64,000 bases of DNA from a virus: IMG/VR virus record IMGVR_UViG_3300026484_000110; one strand, written 5' to 3'. Made by a program: the position numbers and the translations under genes. The notes under the pieces are model-generated. The model was not told the DNA's origin. It was given only the letters and a program-made list of their open reading frames with translations, and searched no databases. This document shows positions 9,950 through 20,640 of the stretch, piece by piece; positions within the stretch are counted from its first letter, which is position 1; each line of letters begins with the position of its first letter.

Positions 9950-10481
9950 TACAATATTCTTTTACATCCAGAGGTAACTCTAAAAACTCTTTTTTACCTA
10001 GGACTTTGCTATTTACAAAATCTTTATACAATTTTTGTATTCTGACTAATTGTTTCTTAATTCTAATAACATTTTCTAAACAATCTAACTTATAGTAATA
10101 AAGTTTATTATCCTTATCCCTTAGTCTAAAAATTACCACTAAAGTATCTAGATCCCATATTGTTCTACCAGTAATAGAAAATTCTATATTGGATATTATT
10201 TGTTTTTTACCTATGATTTTTTCTATCCTTTTTAATCTGTGTTCTACTACAGAATCGGCATCTTCTACAATAGATGTACCAGTGAAAAAAGGTAATAACC
10301 CTTTCCTTTCTAACTCATAGTACATATCTACAATACGTATAGCTTTATCTAATAATTGCCCAAATATAATAATATTATTATTCATAAATTTTGTAAGGGG
10401 TTTATCTTTTTCGTAGTTAACTATTAAATACGGTAAAACATCTTCATAATACTTAGTATCTATCATTATTGTATAAGCCAT
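9936..10481 (-). CDS. Hypothetical protein
   Basis: ORF track; GGAG SD. Confidence 0.7.
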   Translation of the reverse strand: MAYTIMIDTKYYEDVLPYLIVNYEKDKPLTKFMNNNIIIFGQLLDKAIRIVDMYYELERKGLLPFFTGTSIVEDADSVVEHRLKRIEKIIGKKQIISNIEFSITGRTIWDLDTLVVIFRLRDKDNKLYYYKLDCLENVIRIKKQLVRIQKLYKDFVNSKVLGKKEFLELPLDVKEYCTVRI

Positions 10482-10484
10482 TAG

Positions 10485-10760
10485 TTACTCCTTCACTACT
10501 CTTTTCCATTCTTTTCCATCTACTATTGCAAATATTTTTCCATCTATATACGCTTTTATATCGTTTCTATTACCTTTCTTAACTACAATTTCCATTTTAT
10601 GTATTTCATCAGGATGTTTTTCGTCTATTACATCAAATGCATATTCATCTACATCTACCAAACCATGATGGAAGTCCTCATATTCATAATTTTTAAAACG
10701 TAAAAATAAACCAAACTCTTTAGAAAATTCCAATATTGATACTAAATCTATTTTATCCAT
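10485..10760 (-). CDS. Hypothetical protein
   Basis: ORF track; GGAGG SD. Confidence 0.7.
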   Translation of the reverse strand: MDKIDLVSILEFSKEFGLFLRFKNYEYEDFHHGLVDVDEYAFDVIDEKHPDEIHKMEIVVKKGNRNDIKAYIDGKIFAIVDGKEWKRVVKE

Positions 10761-10861
10761 TTATTTCCTCCTTTCATATTTTCATCGATCATTAAACCTA
10801 ATTCTCCTAATACGATACCTATCATTGTACCTATCCATATCGCAAACCATGGATTTGTCAT
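10748..10861 (-). CDS. 37-aa membrane peptide
   Basis: Hand translation MTNPWFAIWIGTMIGIVLGELGLMIDENMKGGNKWIK; GGAGG SD. Confidence 0.55.
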   Translation of the reverse strand: MTNPWFAIWIGTMIGIVLGELGLMIDENMKGGNKWIK

Positions 10862-10872
10862 TTCTTCCTCCT

Positions 10873-10956
10873 TTATTTGTCTACTATTTTACTTAAAGAA
10901 TAGCCAGTTATAAAACCCAAAACCATAGAAATCAGATAGATTAAGACCTCATACAT
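10873..10956 (-). CDS. 27-aa membrane peptide
   Basis: Hand translation MYEVLIYLISMVLGFITGYSLSKIVDK; AAGGA SD. Confidence 0.5.
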   Translation of the reverse strand: MYEVLIYLISMVLGFITGYSLSKIVDK

Positions 10957-10966
10957 ATGCAATCCT

Positions 10967-13399
10967 TTAATTTATTTTCACTACGGTATTATCAGATTCA
11001 ATACTGATATTTTCATCGTTTAATACGACCACATCTACATCTGTAAATCTGTTATACATAGACTCAAAATGACTTACCAAGTAAATTTGACTAAAATATT
11101 TCTTACTCAATTCTTCTATTAAGTCATAAGCTTTTATTCTATGTGTCTCATCCATTGTCCTACCAAACTCATCTAGAATTAAAGGATAATCCAGCATATT
11201 TAAATATTCCATAGCTACTATTTTAAAAGCTAAATCAATAATCTCCTTTATACTACTACTACCTTTACTTACATCTGATATTAGCTTAACATTATTGATT
11301 AGTACAGGAAATCTAAAAGTTAAATCTGTTTCATCTATATTACAAGGTAAAATTTTTATTTCATATGTCCATACTCTGTTTATAATGTCATTCATTTTTT
11401 CCAATACATCATTTATTATTTTTACTATAGACCTACCAATTATGCCTTTATTAGGCGATAATAAATCCACTAATACTTTTACTACTTTAATTCTTTCTTC
11501 ATAATCTTTTAACTCTTTTATTAAAGATTCGTATCTCTGTTTACTGTTATTGTATTCTATTAGTTCTGTTTCTAACGTATTTAATAATTTCTTTAATTCG
11601 TATATTAATCTGTTTATATATTCGTTTTTGACTTTTTTAATTTCGTTATCTTTTATTTTCCTATTTAACTTAATTAAATTTTTTAATTCATTTGTTTTTT
11701 CTTTTATATCTTTTATAAAGTTGTCGATGTTCTTTAGTTGTTCATATTCTTTATTGTAATTGTTAATTTCCTCTATTGTCTTACTGTATTGTTTTCTAAC
11801 TTCATTAATTCTATCAAAAATCTGATTTAGTTTACTAGTAGATAACTTTTCTATAATGTTTAATTTTCTTTCTATTTCAATTTTTTCATCTAGTTTTTCA
11901 TTTAGCAAGATACTATTGTTATGTATGCTTAAAAGTGTTTGTAGTTTATTACTAATGTTTTCAAAATCCCTTATATCCAAGAAATCCCTAAATGATGTAG
12001 GTAATGAAAATAGTTCATTCTGATATACCATTACCAACTGTTTCTTTTCTTCTAAGATATTAATTATCTCTTCCAATTCTTTGTATTCTTTGTCTAACTT
12101 TTCATATCTTTCTTTTAACTTTTTTTGTTCATTAACTAACTTTTCATGTTTTAATTTATCATAACCATTTATCCATGTAAACCCGCATTTCGGACATTCT
12201 ATCTTTTTACCATTTTTTATATCTTCTAAATGTTTCAAATCCTCTTCTAATAATAGTAGTTTTGATTTTGTTTTATTTAATTCGGTTTTTATCTTTTCAT
12301 ATCTCTCCTTATAACTCTTATAATCCTTTAATTTAAGGTTTCTATATCTCTCATCATTGAGTAATGTAACTGTTTCTAGTAGATTATTATAACTATCTAA
12401 GAAATTTGCATTAAATTGTTCTATCTCTTTTATAGATACTCTAAAAGGAAATAAATTTATAATTTCATCAATTTCATTATTCAGTATGTTTAATCTTTTC
12501 CTTAAATCTTCAGGGTTGTCTGTTTCATCAATATTCATATTTTCTATTTTTTCTATTCTGGTTGTTAAATCTTCTTTAGTGTGTTTTAAATATTCCAACC
12601 TACTTTTCACTTCTGTAATTCTTGATTCTAAATTTTCTATATTTATTTTTCTATCTTTAATTAAGTTTTCCAGTTTATAAATATCTCTATACAGTTTACT
12701 AGAAATTTCATCTATTTTCGTTAAATATTTTTTTGTATCTACTTCTTTATAAGGTTCTTTACTTTCTAATAGTTTTTCTATTAAGCTATTTAACCTATTA
12801 ATTTCATTTTTTAAGGCTATCTGAAAATCTTCTCCTTTTGTTTTAAACATCTCTTCATCTTTTAATATTTTAGACCTGGTTAATTTCATAAATGATTGTA
12901 ATTCTTTATATCTGTCTTTAGCTCTATTAAATACAGACATTGCGTATTCGTAATCTATATGCGATAGAATCTTTGTAAACCATTTCTTTCTCTCGTTTAC
13001 TGTCATAACTGTAAAACTATTAGTAGATAACAATACTTCCATTACTTCTTTTGTTATTTTAAATTCATTATCTATTAATGACTTTTGTATTTTAAGTTGT
13101 CCTGCTGTATTTAGTTCTTCATTATTTTTTATAAAACTGTGTTTATTAGTCTTTCTATCAAATCTTATTACATATTTATTACCTCTATGAGAAATTTCTA
13201 ATTCTTTTTTACCATTTTCTCCATAATCATCTTTTAAATTGTCGACATTAGGAATTATTTCTTTTAAAAGAGATGATTTCCCACTACCGTTTGTGCCCAA
13301 TATAACTTGTATTTTTTTCTTTGGTGTATATTCTATTTTTTTAATACCGGAAACATATAGTCTTTCATAATCTTCTATATATAATCTTTCTAATTGCAT
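10967..13399 (-). CDS. sbcC: SbcC/Rad50-like SMC ATPase (phiKZ gp165-like)
   Basis: Walker A GTNGSGKSS; long coiled coil with central CPKC zinc hook; Walker B LILDEFG; C-terminal SH motif. Confidence 0.92.
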   Translation of the reverse strand: MQLERLYIEDYERLYVSGIKKIEYTPKKKIQVILGTNGSGKSSLLKEIIPNVDNLKDDYGENGKKELEISHRGNKYVIRFDRKTNKHSFIKNNEELNTAGQLKIQKSLIDNEFKITKEVMEVLLSTNSFTVMTVNERKKWFTKILSHIDYEYAMSVFNRAKDRYKELQSFMKLTRSKILKDEEMFKTKGEDFQIALKNEINRLNSLIEKLLESKEPYKEVDTKKYLTKIDEISSKLYRDIYKLENLIKDRKINIENLESRITEVKSRLEYLKHTKEDLTTRIEKIENMNIDETDNPEDLRKRLNILNNEIDEIINLFPFRVSIKEIEQFNANFLDSYNNLLETVTLLNDERYRNLKLKDYKSYKERYEKIKTELNKTKSKLLLLEEDLKHLEDIKNGKKIECPKCGFTWINGYDKLKHEKLVNEQKKLKERYEKLDKEYKELEEIINILEEKKQLVMVYQNELFSLPTSFRDFLDIRDFENISNKLQTLLSIHNNSILLNEKLDEKIEIERKLNIIEKLSTSKLNQIFDRINEVRKQYSKTIEEINNYNKEYEQLKNIDNFIKDIKEKTNELKNLIKLNRKIKDNEIKKVKNEYINRLIYELKKLLNTLETELIEYNNSKQRYESLIKELKDYEERIKVVKVLVDLLSPNKGIIGRSIVKIINDVLEKMNDIINRVWTYEIKILPCNIDETDLTFRFPVLINNVKLISDVSKGSSSIKEIIDLAFKIVAMEYLNMLDYPLILDEFGRTMDETHRIKAYDLIEELSKKYFSQIYLVSHFESMYNRFTDVDVVVLNDENISIESDNTVVKIN

Positions 13400-13468
13400 T
13401 TATAGACTCCTTTAAAGATATTCAACTAACAATATTGTACTGAAAAGTTTATTATTAAGGAGTAAATA

Positions 13469-14299
13469 GTGGAAACACGTGAAAAAGAATTATATTTACA
13501 TAAGATAGATCCATCTAATTTTATTTTTTATTCAGTAGGTTTTGTAGCAAAAGATAAAGACTGGGATACAGATATAGTAGAAGTTTTTCCTGTAGAAAAA
13601 ATTCCTGAAGAAGGTCCTGATTTACAAGAAGAAACTGATTTAACAGACTCTGCTCCGATAGTTAAAAAAGGAACATTAAAAGATGAGGTTAAAGATGAGT
13701 TAATCGTACTAAAAAAGTCAGCTACTATACGTGCTAAATGGTTAAGTCTAGGACAATATAATAGACTAACGCCGCCTGATGTAAGAAAAGGAGAACAAGT
13801 TTTAATTTATAGATATGGGAATAGTGATTTATTTTTCTGGACTACGACATTTAACGATTTATCATTAAGGAAAGAAGAAATAGTAAGATTTGTATTTTCT
13901 GATAAACCACAGTTAGATCCTGAAGAAACTTTAGAAGATACATATTATTTCGAAATAAATACTAAAGATAAAATTCTAAAATTTCATACTACTGATAAAT
14001 GGAAAGAATACACGACTTATGACGTAATGTTAGATACTAAAAACGGTAAATTAATTTTAAACGATGGTAAAGGTAATAGTATTACTTTGGATAGTACATT
14101 AGATATGTTAAACATTTATACCAATTTAGTATGCACTATCACCACCGGCGCCACAGTGACCGTTACATCACCTACTGTAAATGTATTGGGCGGAGGTGTA
14201 GTAAACGTAGCCGCGCCAACAATAAATGCTAATGGTGAAACAATAAATATTAAAGGTAAAACGGTAAATATTAAGGGTGGAAGAGTAAACATAAACTAA
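13469..14299 (+). CDS. Baseplate central spike protein
   Basis: OB-fold-like N-terminus (IRAKWL...PDVRKGEQVLIYR); C-terminal short beta-strand repeats ending VNIN; two genes upstream of PAAR. Confidence 0.7.
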   Translation: METREKELYLHKIDPSNFIFYSVGFVAKDKDWDTDIVEVFPVEKIPEEGPDLQEETDLTDSAPIVKKGTLKDEVKDELIVLKKSATIRAKWLSLGQYNRLTPPDVRKGEQVLIYRYGNSDLFFWTTTFNDLSLRKEEIVRFVFSDKPQLDPEETLEDTYYFEINTKDKILKFHTTDKWKEYTTYDVMLDTKNGKLILNDGKGNSITLDSTLDMLNIYTNLVCTITTGATVTVTSPTVNVLGGGVVNVAAPTINANGETINIKGKTVNIKGGRVNIN

Positions 14300-14308
14300 G
14301 GAGAAATC

Positions 14309-14938
14309 ATGGGATGTCAAATTTTAACTACTGGATTAATACCAAACCAAAACGGACCTACACAAAACCCATGGGAATGTCATTATTTTACTCATCAGGT
14401 AGAAACAATAGAAGATGAATATTTTAAAGAACATATTGAATGGGGTCTAGATGGCGATATCCCGTTAGATATAGAAATAGATAAGGACATTGGTTTAATC
14501 CACGGTGTTATTAAACCATTAACAGTAGAACAACCCGGTATTGATGAGTCTATGTTTACTCCCGATGAAGTGTTGAAAGAAGATGGTAGCAATTGGAAAA
14601 ATATAGGTAGATACAAAAATACTACGTATACATTTAAGTTTAGACTATATAGAATATATAGAGATGAATCAGTGAACGGACCAATTAGTTGTGAAACAGA
14701 AAACTGTAGCATAATAGAGTCAGGAGAAACAATTGATGGTAAGTTTTATGCTATAAAGGTGCAATGGACTTTTATAGAAATAATGGTTATAAAGAATAAT
14801 GATATTGATAATTATATTTTTGCTAAAAAGTATTTTGATGCAGGATATAAAATAGTCTATAACGATATCAGTTATACTAAAGAAAATGAAGATGACTTTT
14901 TTAAAAACCATCCAGGTCCGTTTGGTAATAATTGTTAA
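14309..14938 (+). CDS. Putative structural protein with He_PIG/Ig-like segment
   Basis: GDIPLDIEIDKDIGLIHGVIKP resembles the putative-Ig consensus; located between spike and PAAR genes. Confidence 0.45.
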   Translation: MGCQILTTGLIPNQNGPTQNPWECHYFTHQVETIEDEYFKEHIEWGLDGDIPLDIEIDKDIGLIHGVIKPLTVEQPGIDESMFTPDEVLKEDGSNWKNIGRYKNTTYTFKFRLYRIYRDESVNGPISCETENCSIIESGETIDGKFYAIKVQWTFIEIMVIKNNDIDNYIFAKKYFDAGYKIVYNDISYTKENEDDFFKNHPGPFGNNC

Positions 14939-14949
14939 AGGAGTATAAA

Positions 14950-15240
14950 ATGCCACCTATTGTTAGATTAGGAGATACAGGTAGTGGTCATGGTAGTTTT
15001 CCACCTACAAACGTATGTAATAATAGCGATGACAGTAATGCAAATAGTCTGGGTATTTGTAGACAAGGTGATTGTTTGGGATCTCATGGATCACCCAGTC
15101 CATCGCCACCGCATAGTAGAGCTGCCTGCGGTGGTAGTAGTGATACTTTTGTAAACAGTAGACCAGTAATTCGCATAGGAGATCCGGTATGTTGTGGCGG
15201 AATGTTGGTCACAGGTAGTCCAGATATAATTGTTAATTAA
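14950..15240 (+). CDS. PAAR-domain spike tip protein
   Basis: MPPIVRLGD...GH, ICRQGD, VIRIGDPVCCG; start moved to the SD-preceded ATG. Confidence 0.9.
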   Translation: MPPIVRLGDTGSGHGSFPPTNVCNNSDDSNANSLGICRQGDCLGSHGSPSPSPPHSRAACGGSSDTFVNSRPVIRIGDPVCCGGMLVTGSPDIIVN

Positions 15241-15252
15241 AAAGGATACAAA

Positions 15253-15648
15253 ATGCTTAAATGGTTACACAGAATAAAAAAAATATTTAAACTTTTAGAT
15301 AGTATTGATGAAATAAAAATAAATGAAGAAAACATATTAATAAAATTTAATAAAAATCTTTTAATAGGTAGTGAAAAACATCTAGTTACATTTAGCAAAG
15401 GAAACAGTATAAGTATATCTAATCGATTACATCTGAATCCTTTATATAAAAAGGATATAATAAATTTATTAGAATTAGATGGTTACGATAAAAAAGTAGA
15501 TGACTTATTGCTAAAAGGAATAATAGAGAGTAATCGAAAAAATTTATTAAAGAAAATCAAAAACTTTAAATTAATAGAAAGGAATACTAATGGTGACAAT
15601 TTACATTGTAAAGAACGGAATAACAATAGAGAAAAAATACATAAATGA
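15253..15648 (+). CDS. Hypothetical protein
   Basis: ORF track; AAGGA SD. Confidence 0.65.
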   Translation: MLKWLHRIKKIFKLLDSIDEIKINEENILIKFNKNLLIGSEKHLVTFSKGNSISISNRLHLNPLYKKDIINLLELDGYDKKVDDLLLKGIIESNRKNLLKKIKNFKLIERNTNGDNLHCKERNNNREKIHK

Positions 15649-15772
15649 TAAAAATCGAATAAAAATCATATTAGATATTCTACAGAAATATCACAATGAA
15701 ATCTATGTAGAAGATAAAAATAGAAATAGATGGAAAACAGAAAATTATCTATCACAAGAGACTATTAGTTAG
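15590..15772 (+). CDS. Small hypothetical protein
   Basis: ORF track; AAGGA upstream. Confidence 0.55.
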   Translation: MVTIYIVKNGITIEKKYINDKNRIKIILDILQKYHNEIYVEDKNRNRWKTENYLSQETIS

Positions 15773-16085
15773 TCTCTTGTGTAATTATTTTATTTGTTTT
15801 TTTATACCAATTATTCATTTCTTTAATTTTTGACTTATATTTTTTTATAGTGCCTAATAAATCCAAAGTATAATTTACTAGCATTCTTTCCCTATTAAAT
15901 GGAGTAGCTGTTACGTAGCTAAATTTACTAGGAGGACTAGGTATTTCTATATTATCGGTTAATAAGTATTTAGGAGGTTTAACTAATGTAATTTTTTCTT
16001 TATAAACTATTTTGTATTCTGGTGTTCTGTTAGCACAACCTATAAAAAATAAAATTGGTATCAATAGGAATATTAACTTTTTCAT
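15765..16085 (-). CDS. Lipoprotein, putative o-spanin
   Basis: Lipoprotein signal peptide MKKLIFLLIPILFFIG-C; Pro-containing mature region; overlaps the upstream membrane protein gene. Confidence 0.65.
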   Translation of the reverse strand: MKKLIFLLIPILFFIGCANRTPEYKIVYKEKITLVKPPKYLLTDNIEIPSPPSKFSYVTATPFNRERMLVNYTLDLLGTIKKYKSKIKEMNNWYKKTNKIITQETN

Positions 16086-16636
16086 TCTTCATCCTTTAAG
16101 CTATTGTACATGTCATAAATAGCATTTATGTTTTTTAATCCTTCTAACTGATAATCAGTTTTATTAATTATTATAATTTCATCATTTTTCACAGGTTTGT
16201 CTTTTACTACATGCTTGTTTTTGGTAATTAATTTTAATTGTTCAACCTCTTTCTTAGTAGGTGTAGAAATTACTTTTTCTTTTAACTTCATAACTTTTTT
16301 ATCTATCTTTTTTTCTTTTCTAATTACTGTAATAGTCTTATTCTCATCTAGTTTTTTTATCTTATCTTTGATTTGTATGGTTTGTTTCAATTCTTTATTA
16401 TTGTGTTCCATGTTATCAATAACTACTTTTTGTTCAGCTTTTATTTCTGCATCTGTTTTAATGTTAAAGGTTTTATAAACAAACCCTTTTATAGTCATTA
16501 CTATAAAAATTATTAATGGTGCTACTACAAACAAGGTAATAATCACAGATAATAAACCTTCTTTAGTTTTTATAAAATTCCATAGTTTAAGCATTTCCAT
16601 CTCCTTATAAATTTCGTTTTCAGAAAAATTGAGCAA
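16082..16636 (-). CDS. Putative i-spanin (single TM plus coiled coil)
   Basis: TM GLLSVIITLFVVAPLIIFIVM followed by a Lys/Glu coiled coil; immediately precedes the lipoprotein gene. True start may be one of the internal Met codons. Confidence 0.55.
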   Translation of the reverse strand: MLNFSENEIYKEMEMLKLWNFIKTKEGLLSVIITLFVVAPLIIFIVMTIKGFVYKTFNIKTDAEIKAEQKVVIDNMEHNNKELKQTIQIKDKIKKLDENKTITVIRKEKKIDKKVMKLKEKVISTPTKKEVEQLKLITKNKHVVKDKPVKNDEIIIINKTDYQLEGLKNINAIYDMYNSLKDEE

Positions 16637-16676
16637 TATATAATTAATATGTAAAATCGATTAAAAGGAGTCTAAA

Positions 16677-17681
16677 ATGTTTGTACCACCTATTATAAAT
16701 TTAACAGGTGTTTATGAATTAAAAGAAATGAATGGTATTTATACACCGGTGTTTAAAAGTTATCAGTTTGATACGCCAAAAAAGTTCTACGGTAGACATA
16801 GAAGATATTTAGATCTACTCTGGAGTGCCTTTAAAAGACATAATCTAAAGACTGGAGTCATATTGACAGGTCTACAAGGTACTGGTAAAACTGAAATAGG
16901 TAAGGAATTATGTAATAGAACAATAAAAGAATTTGGTGTAAATGTATTATTAATTACTGATATTAATTATACTCCTGAGTTATTACATTTTTTAGAATCA
17001 TTAGAAAATGTGGTTTTGTTCTTTGACGAATTTGGTAAAAACTTTCCTTATGATAAACAAGAAAAAATGTTAACTTTGTTATCGAACCCTTATTCAAAAA
17101 GAAGAGGCGTTATTATTACAGAAAATGAAGTATGGAGTATTAATAGACATATACGTAATAGACCAGGTAGACTAAAATATGCAATTAATTTTAGTAAACT
17201 ACCAAAGGATACGTTATTAGAATATTGCAGAGATCAAAAAGTTCCTGAAGATGTGATAAAAGAGATTATTGCCTACTATAGTGTAAACAGTAGATTTGTA
17301 TTCGATCACCTGAAGGCGATTGTGGAAGAATGGAAAGAGACTAAATTAGATATTCCTACTATTGTAGAAATTTTAAATATAGAATCTCCTGGTACGGGTA
17401 AAATAATAAAAATACTAGAAGCCAAAAGTAATGAGAATCTTGAATATGAGGTAGTAAGCCAAGAACCTATTGAATTGGATTACAATATGTTTATGTCTGG
17501 TGATTTATCATGTATGGTAAAAATTAAAGAAAAAGATAAAGAAGATGCAGTTGAATTATATTATAGACTAATGTCAGAGAACATAGTCAAATCAGACGAT
17601 AACGAAATTATATTAAAAATGAAAGATAAGAAATTCAGAGCAATCGTAACAGATGCTAAACCAAAAAGTGAAGACTACTGA
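16677..17681 (+). CDS. AAA+ ATPase
   Basis: Walker A GLQGTGKT, Walker B LFFDEFGK, Arg-finger-like NRPGR. Confidence 0.9.
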   Translation: MFVPPIINLTGVYELKEMNGIYTPVFKSYQFDTPKKFYGRHRRYLDLLWSAFKRHNLKTGVILTGLQGTGKTEIGKELCNRTIKEFGVNVLLITDINYTPELLHFLESLENVVLFFDEFGKNFPYDKQEKMLTLLSNPYSKRRGVIITENEVWSINRHIRNRPGRLKYAINFSKLPKDTLLEYCRDQKVPEDVIKEIIAYYSVNSRFVFDHLKAIVEEWKETKLDIPTIVEILNIESPGTGKIIKILEAKSNENLEYEVVSQEPIELDYNMFMSGDLSCMVKIKEKDKEDAVELYYRLMSENIVKSDDNEIILKMKDKKFRAIVTDAKPKSEDY

Positions 17682-17698
17682 CCTATTTTGGTCAGTAG
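17675..17698. terminator. Bidirectional terminator
   Basis: CTACTGACC/GGTCAGTAG stem followed by a T-tract. Confidence 0.7.
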
Positions 17699-17710
17699 CT
17701 TTTTTCTTTT

Positions 17711-18247
17711 TTACAGTATTAATAACTCTGGATATTTTCTAAAGTTTATCAATTGCGTATAACCAATTGAAATTGCATCTATTTCGTGTTCACTTTCATT
17801 ACCTATTAGAAATTTACTTAATTCTTCTATATTGCTAACAGCTAAAAACATATCATTTTTATTTGCTAACCCGTGTTTACTAACTACTTGTTTAACTATG
17901 CTAGGTGGATATTCCGTTATATTTCTTAAACCTGTATTATCCATAAAAGCTTTTTCTATAGCAAAGATAGATTTAGCTATTGGTCCATATGCCGCTGGCC
18001 TAAATCTGTTTATAAAACCAGCTTCTATAGCTAACCATACTGGTAATGTGTCTTGAAAGATTTCTGATGTAATTTCATAAAGCCTCTCCAGTCTATAATT
18101 TAAATTATTTTCAATAATTGAATATCTGGGTTCTGTTAAGTCTATTAGTATTGTATTTAAATTATTGATAGTCATATCGTCATTTATATTAAATATAGCT
18201 ACACCGCAATAATTGGTACCAGGGTCTATGCCTATAAAATTAAACAT
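17711..18247 (-). CDS. ruvC: RuvC-like Holliday junction resolvase
   Basis: GIDPGTNYCGVA, LAIE, PPSIVKQVV and EIDAISIG. Confidence 0.85.
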   Translation of the reverse strand: MFNFIGIDPGTNYCGVAIFNINDDMTINNLNTILIDLTEPRYSIIENNLNYRLERLYEITSEIFQDTLPVWLAIEAGFINRFRPAAYGPIAKSIFAIEKAFMDNTGLRNITEYPPSIVKQVVSKHGLANKNDMFLAVSNIEELSKFLIGNESEHEIDAISIGYTQLINFRKYPELLIL

Positions 18248-18248
18248 T

Positions 18249-19073
18249 TTATGCTCCCATATAAAGAGGTTCCATTCCTCCTATTTCTACTTGATATTCT
18301 ATTTCTTTTTCGTTAGCCAAGTTATATAATAATTCCAAATCAAAATTAGTATCCACAAAATAGTTAATCTGTGTCCAGACGCTCTCTTTACCATAAGTAG
18401 TATCTACATCTAAACTACTACAAAATCCTATTTCTGTTATGGTATTAGTATTATCATTAGGATACAATATCTTAATAGCATTTTTTATTTCATTAATTTC
18501 ATCTTGTGTAAAATGAAAATATACTTTACACATATTTAAAATATATCTACCTTTCGTACTAAAGATATCCGTATTTAAGGTAGGTACTGGATTTAATATG
18601 TTGCTATCCGATAGCGTATCATAAGGACCTATAAAATTATCACCTTCCACTGATGTAACTTGGAATAATGTGTTAGTAAATTTTATATCATCAATTAGTC
18701 TACCATAATATGCAATATATGCACCTGAGTCAGTGTAAACTGTTTTTCTTAGCCTATATCTTTTTCTTTCATTTTCTGATAAGTCATTATTTTCAGGTCT
18801 TAAGATAAACGGTATATGTTTAAATAATGCGCCATCTACAGGTCTATGAGAACCTCTCTTTCCATTTATAGCTGTGTTTTCTATAACAGGATTACCGCCA
18901 ATACCAATTGTCATTAGACGTAATTTTGGTAACATATCTGATATTCCGTAATTAGGTAATATATCAAATTTTTCATTTAGTGTAGTATTTGGTAAAGGTC
19001 TAAACGGTTGATCTAATAATAATGCCGTTTGTAAATTTATACCGTATATTGTTCTGGTTACATTAAATACCAT
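18249..19073 (-). CDS. Putative virion structural protein (phiKZ-like)
   Basis: RTIYG...NTTLNEKFDI, FKHIPFILR and YIAYYG recalled from jumbo-phage structural proteins; unverified. Confidence 0.5.
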   Translation of the reverse strand: MVFNVTRTIYGINLQTALLLDQPFRPLPNTTLNEKFDILPNYGISDMLPKLRLMTIGIGGNPVIENTAINGKRGSHRPVDGALFKHIPFILRPENNDLSENERKRYRLRKTVYTDSGAYIAYYGRLIDDIKFTNTLFQVTSVEGDNFIGPYDTLSDSNILNPVPTLNTDIFSTKGRYILNMCKVYFHFTQDEINEIKNAIKILYPNDNTNTITEIGFCSSLDVDTTYGKESVWTQINYFVDTNFDLELLYNLANEKEIEYQVEIGGMEPLYMGA

Positions 19074-19082
19074 TTCATACTC

Positions 19083-19490
19083 CTAATCTTTAAAATCTTC
19101 TAAACTCAATTCTTCATATTCTATTTTATCTTCACCTAGTACAATTTCATCTGGTCTCAATCCTTCTGTTAATTCTATGTTTCTTTCCTCTATCTGCACA
19201 CTTGCTTTTTTAGCATTTATATTTTTTAACATTTCACTTATAATAAGCACAACATCTTCTTGATTTTTATTATCGTCGTTTTTCAGTCTTCTATCTACTT
19301 TACCTAAAATTTGACTATCTATAGAGTTTAATAATTCGTTAATGACTCTTATTTCTGAAGTTTTATGTGGTAGACCATCTTCCAATAAATGATCCACTAT
19401 TTTTTCTCTTATATCAATAGTCTTGTTTAACAATCTATTTTCTTCTGGTAAAAAAATACTTCCTTTATCCATTTCACCTATTTGACTCAT
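19083..19490 (-). CDS. Hypothetical protein
   Basis: ORF track; AAGGAG SD. Confidence 0.75.
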   Translation of the reverse strand: MSQIGEMDKGSIFLPEENRLLNKTIDIREKIVDHLLEDGLPHKTSEIRVINELLNSIDSQILGKVDRRLKNDDNKNQEDVVLIISEMLKNINAKKASVQIEERNIELTEGLRPDEIVLGEDKIEYEELSLEDFKD

Positions 19491-19559
19491 GGTTGTTCTC
19501 CTTAATATATAAGTTTTTCACAGTATTCGGATATATTTGAATATCTAAAAGGAGAATTT

Positions 19560-20027
19560 ATGTTAAACTTTATAAGTAATTTATTTAAAACCAATTGTGA
19601 TAAGATAGATAAAAACGATGACAGGCGTTACATATGTTTAGAGAAAAAAAAGATAAATTTATTAGAAATACTTAATGACAAAATAAAAATAAATAGTATC
19701 CATAAAAATATTTACCAGTACAATGAAGTTTTAGATCAAATATTAGAAAATGATTTAGAACACTATCTAAATCCTAAAATAATTAAAACTACTGTAAGTT
19801 ATAAAAATATCGATTTACTAGTTTGGTGTTTGAATAATGAAGAAGAATTAACTAATGACATAAATACTGAATTTGAAATTTTTAAACAAAATTTGGTAAA
19901 ATTACAAGATATTAAATCAGTTCTGGTAAATAGAAGTGACAACATATCAATGTTTAATTCCAATATTATTAGTAAATATATTATTAATATGCGAAACATA
20001 GTGAATGAGATACATTCTGTTTCGTGA
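19560..20027 (+). CDS. Hypothetical protein
   Basis: ORF track; AAGGAG SD. Confidence 0.7.
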   Translation: MLNFISNLFKTNCDKIDKNDDRRYICLEKKKINLLEILNDKIKINSIHKNIYQYNEVLDQILENDLEHYLNPKIIKTTVSYKNIDLLVWCLNNEEELTNDINTEFEIFKQNLVKLQDIKSVLVNRSDNISMFNSNIISKYIINMRNIVNEIHSVS

Positions 20028-20059
20028 TTACTTATGTACCTTATACCAAGGAGTTACCC

Positions 20060-20638
20060 ATGGAAAGTAAATTTAAGGAGGTGGCTAGTACTGAGAATGG
20101 AATATTAGCCAGGTTATGGCGTAGGATAGTCTTTGACAATAATTTACAAAATGCTTTACCGTTTCTAATACAACGGTATAGTAAAAAAGGAACTAGGAAT
20201 ACGAGTACTATTGTCTCGCTAATTACAAATAGCGAACTGACATGGAAAGCATTTGTGTTTCTAGTATTCGAAATTCTAACTGTAAAAGAGTTAGAGTTAA
20301 CTCTAGAGTTAACTAAAAATGATGAAGTCTATAAAGTTAGTATTAAACTAACTAAAGACGATGTGAAATACCCGGGTAAAAAATTAGCAGAACTAAGAAA
20401 TAAAGTTGTTGACATCTTAGGTCTGGATGAATCTACTATTGTCAAAGACTATAAAAAACGCGGAGGCGGTAAATCAGTAAATACCATAAACAACCACCTA
20501 AAGAAATCCAGTATTACCTGGAAAGTATTGGTGTTTCTACTATTTGAAGTATTTGAAATTACTGAACTTAATGTAATTATAAAAATACGTTGGATAAATG
20601 ATGAAATTAGTTTACATAATGTAAAAGTAAGGAGGTAA
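20060..20638 (+). CDS. Hypothetical protein with internal tandem duplication
   Basis: Two similar halves (LTWKAFVFLVFEIL and ITWKVLVFLLFEVF); start moved to the ATG after AAGGAG. Confidence 0.7.
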   Translation: MESKFKEVASTENGILARLWRRIVFDNNLQNALPFLIQRYSKKGTRNTSTIVSLITNSELTWKAFVFLVFEILTVKELELTLELTKNDEVYKVSIKLTKDDVKYPGKKLAELRNKVVDILGLDESTIVKDYKKRGGGKSVNTINNHLKKSSITWKVLVFLLFEVFEITELNVIIKIRWINDEISLHNVKVRR

Positions 20639-20640
20639 TA

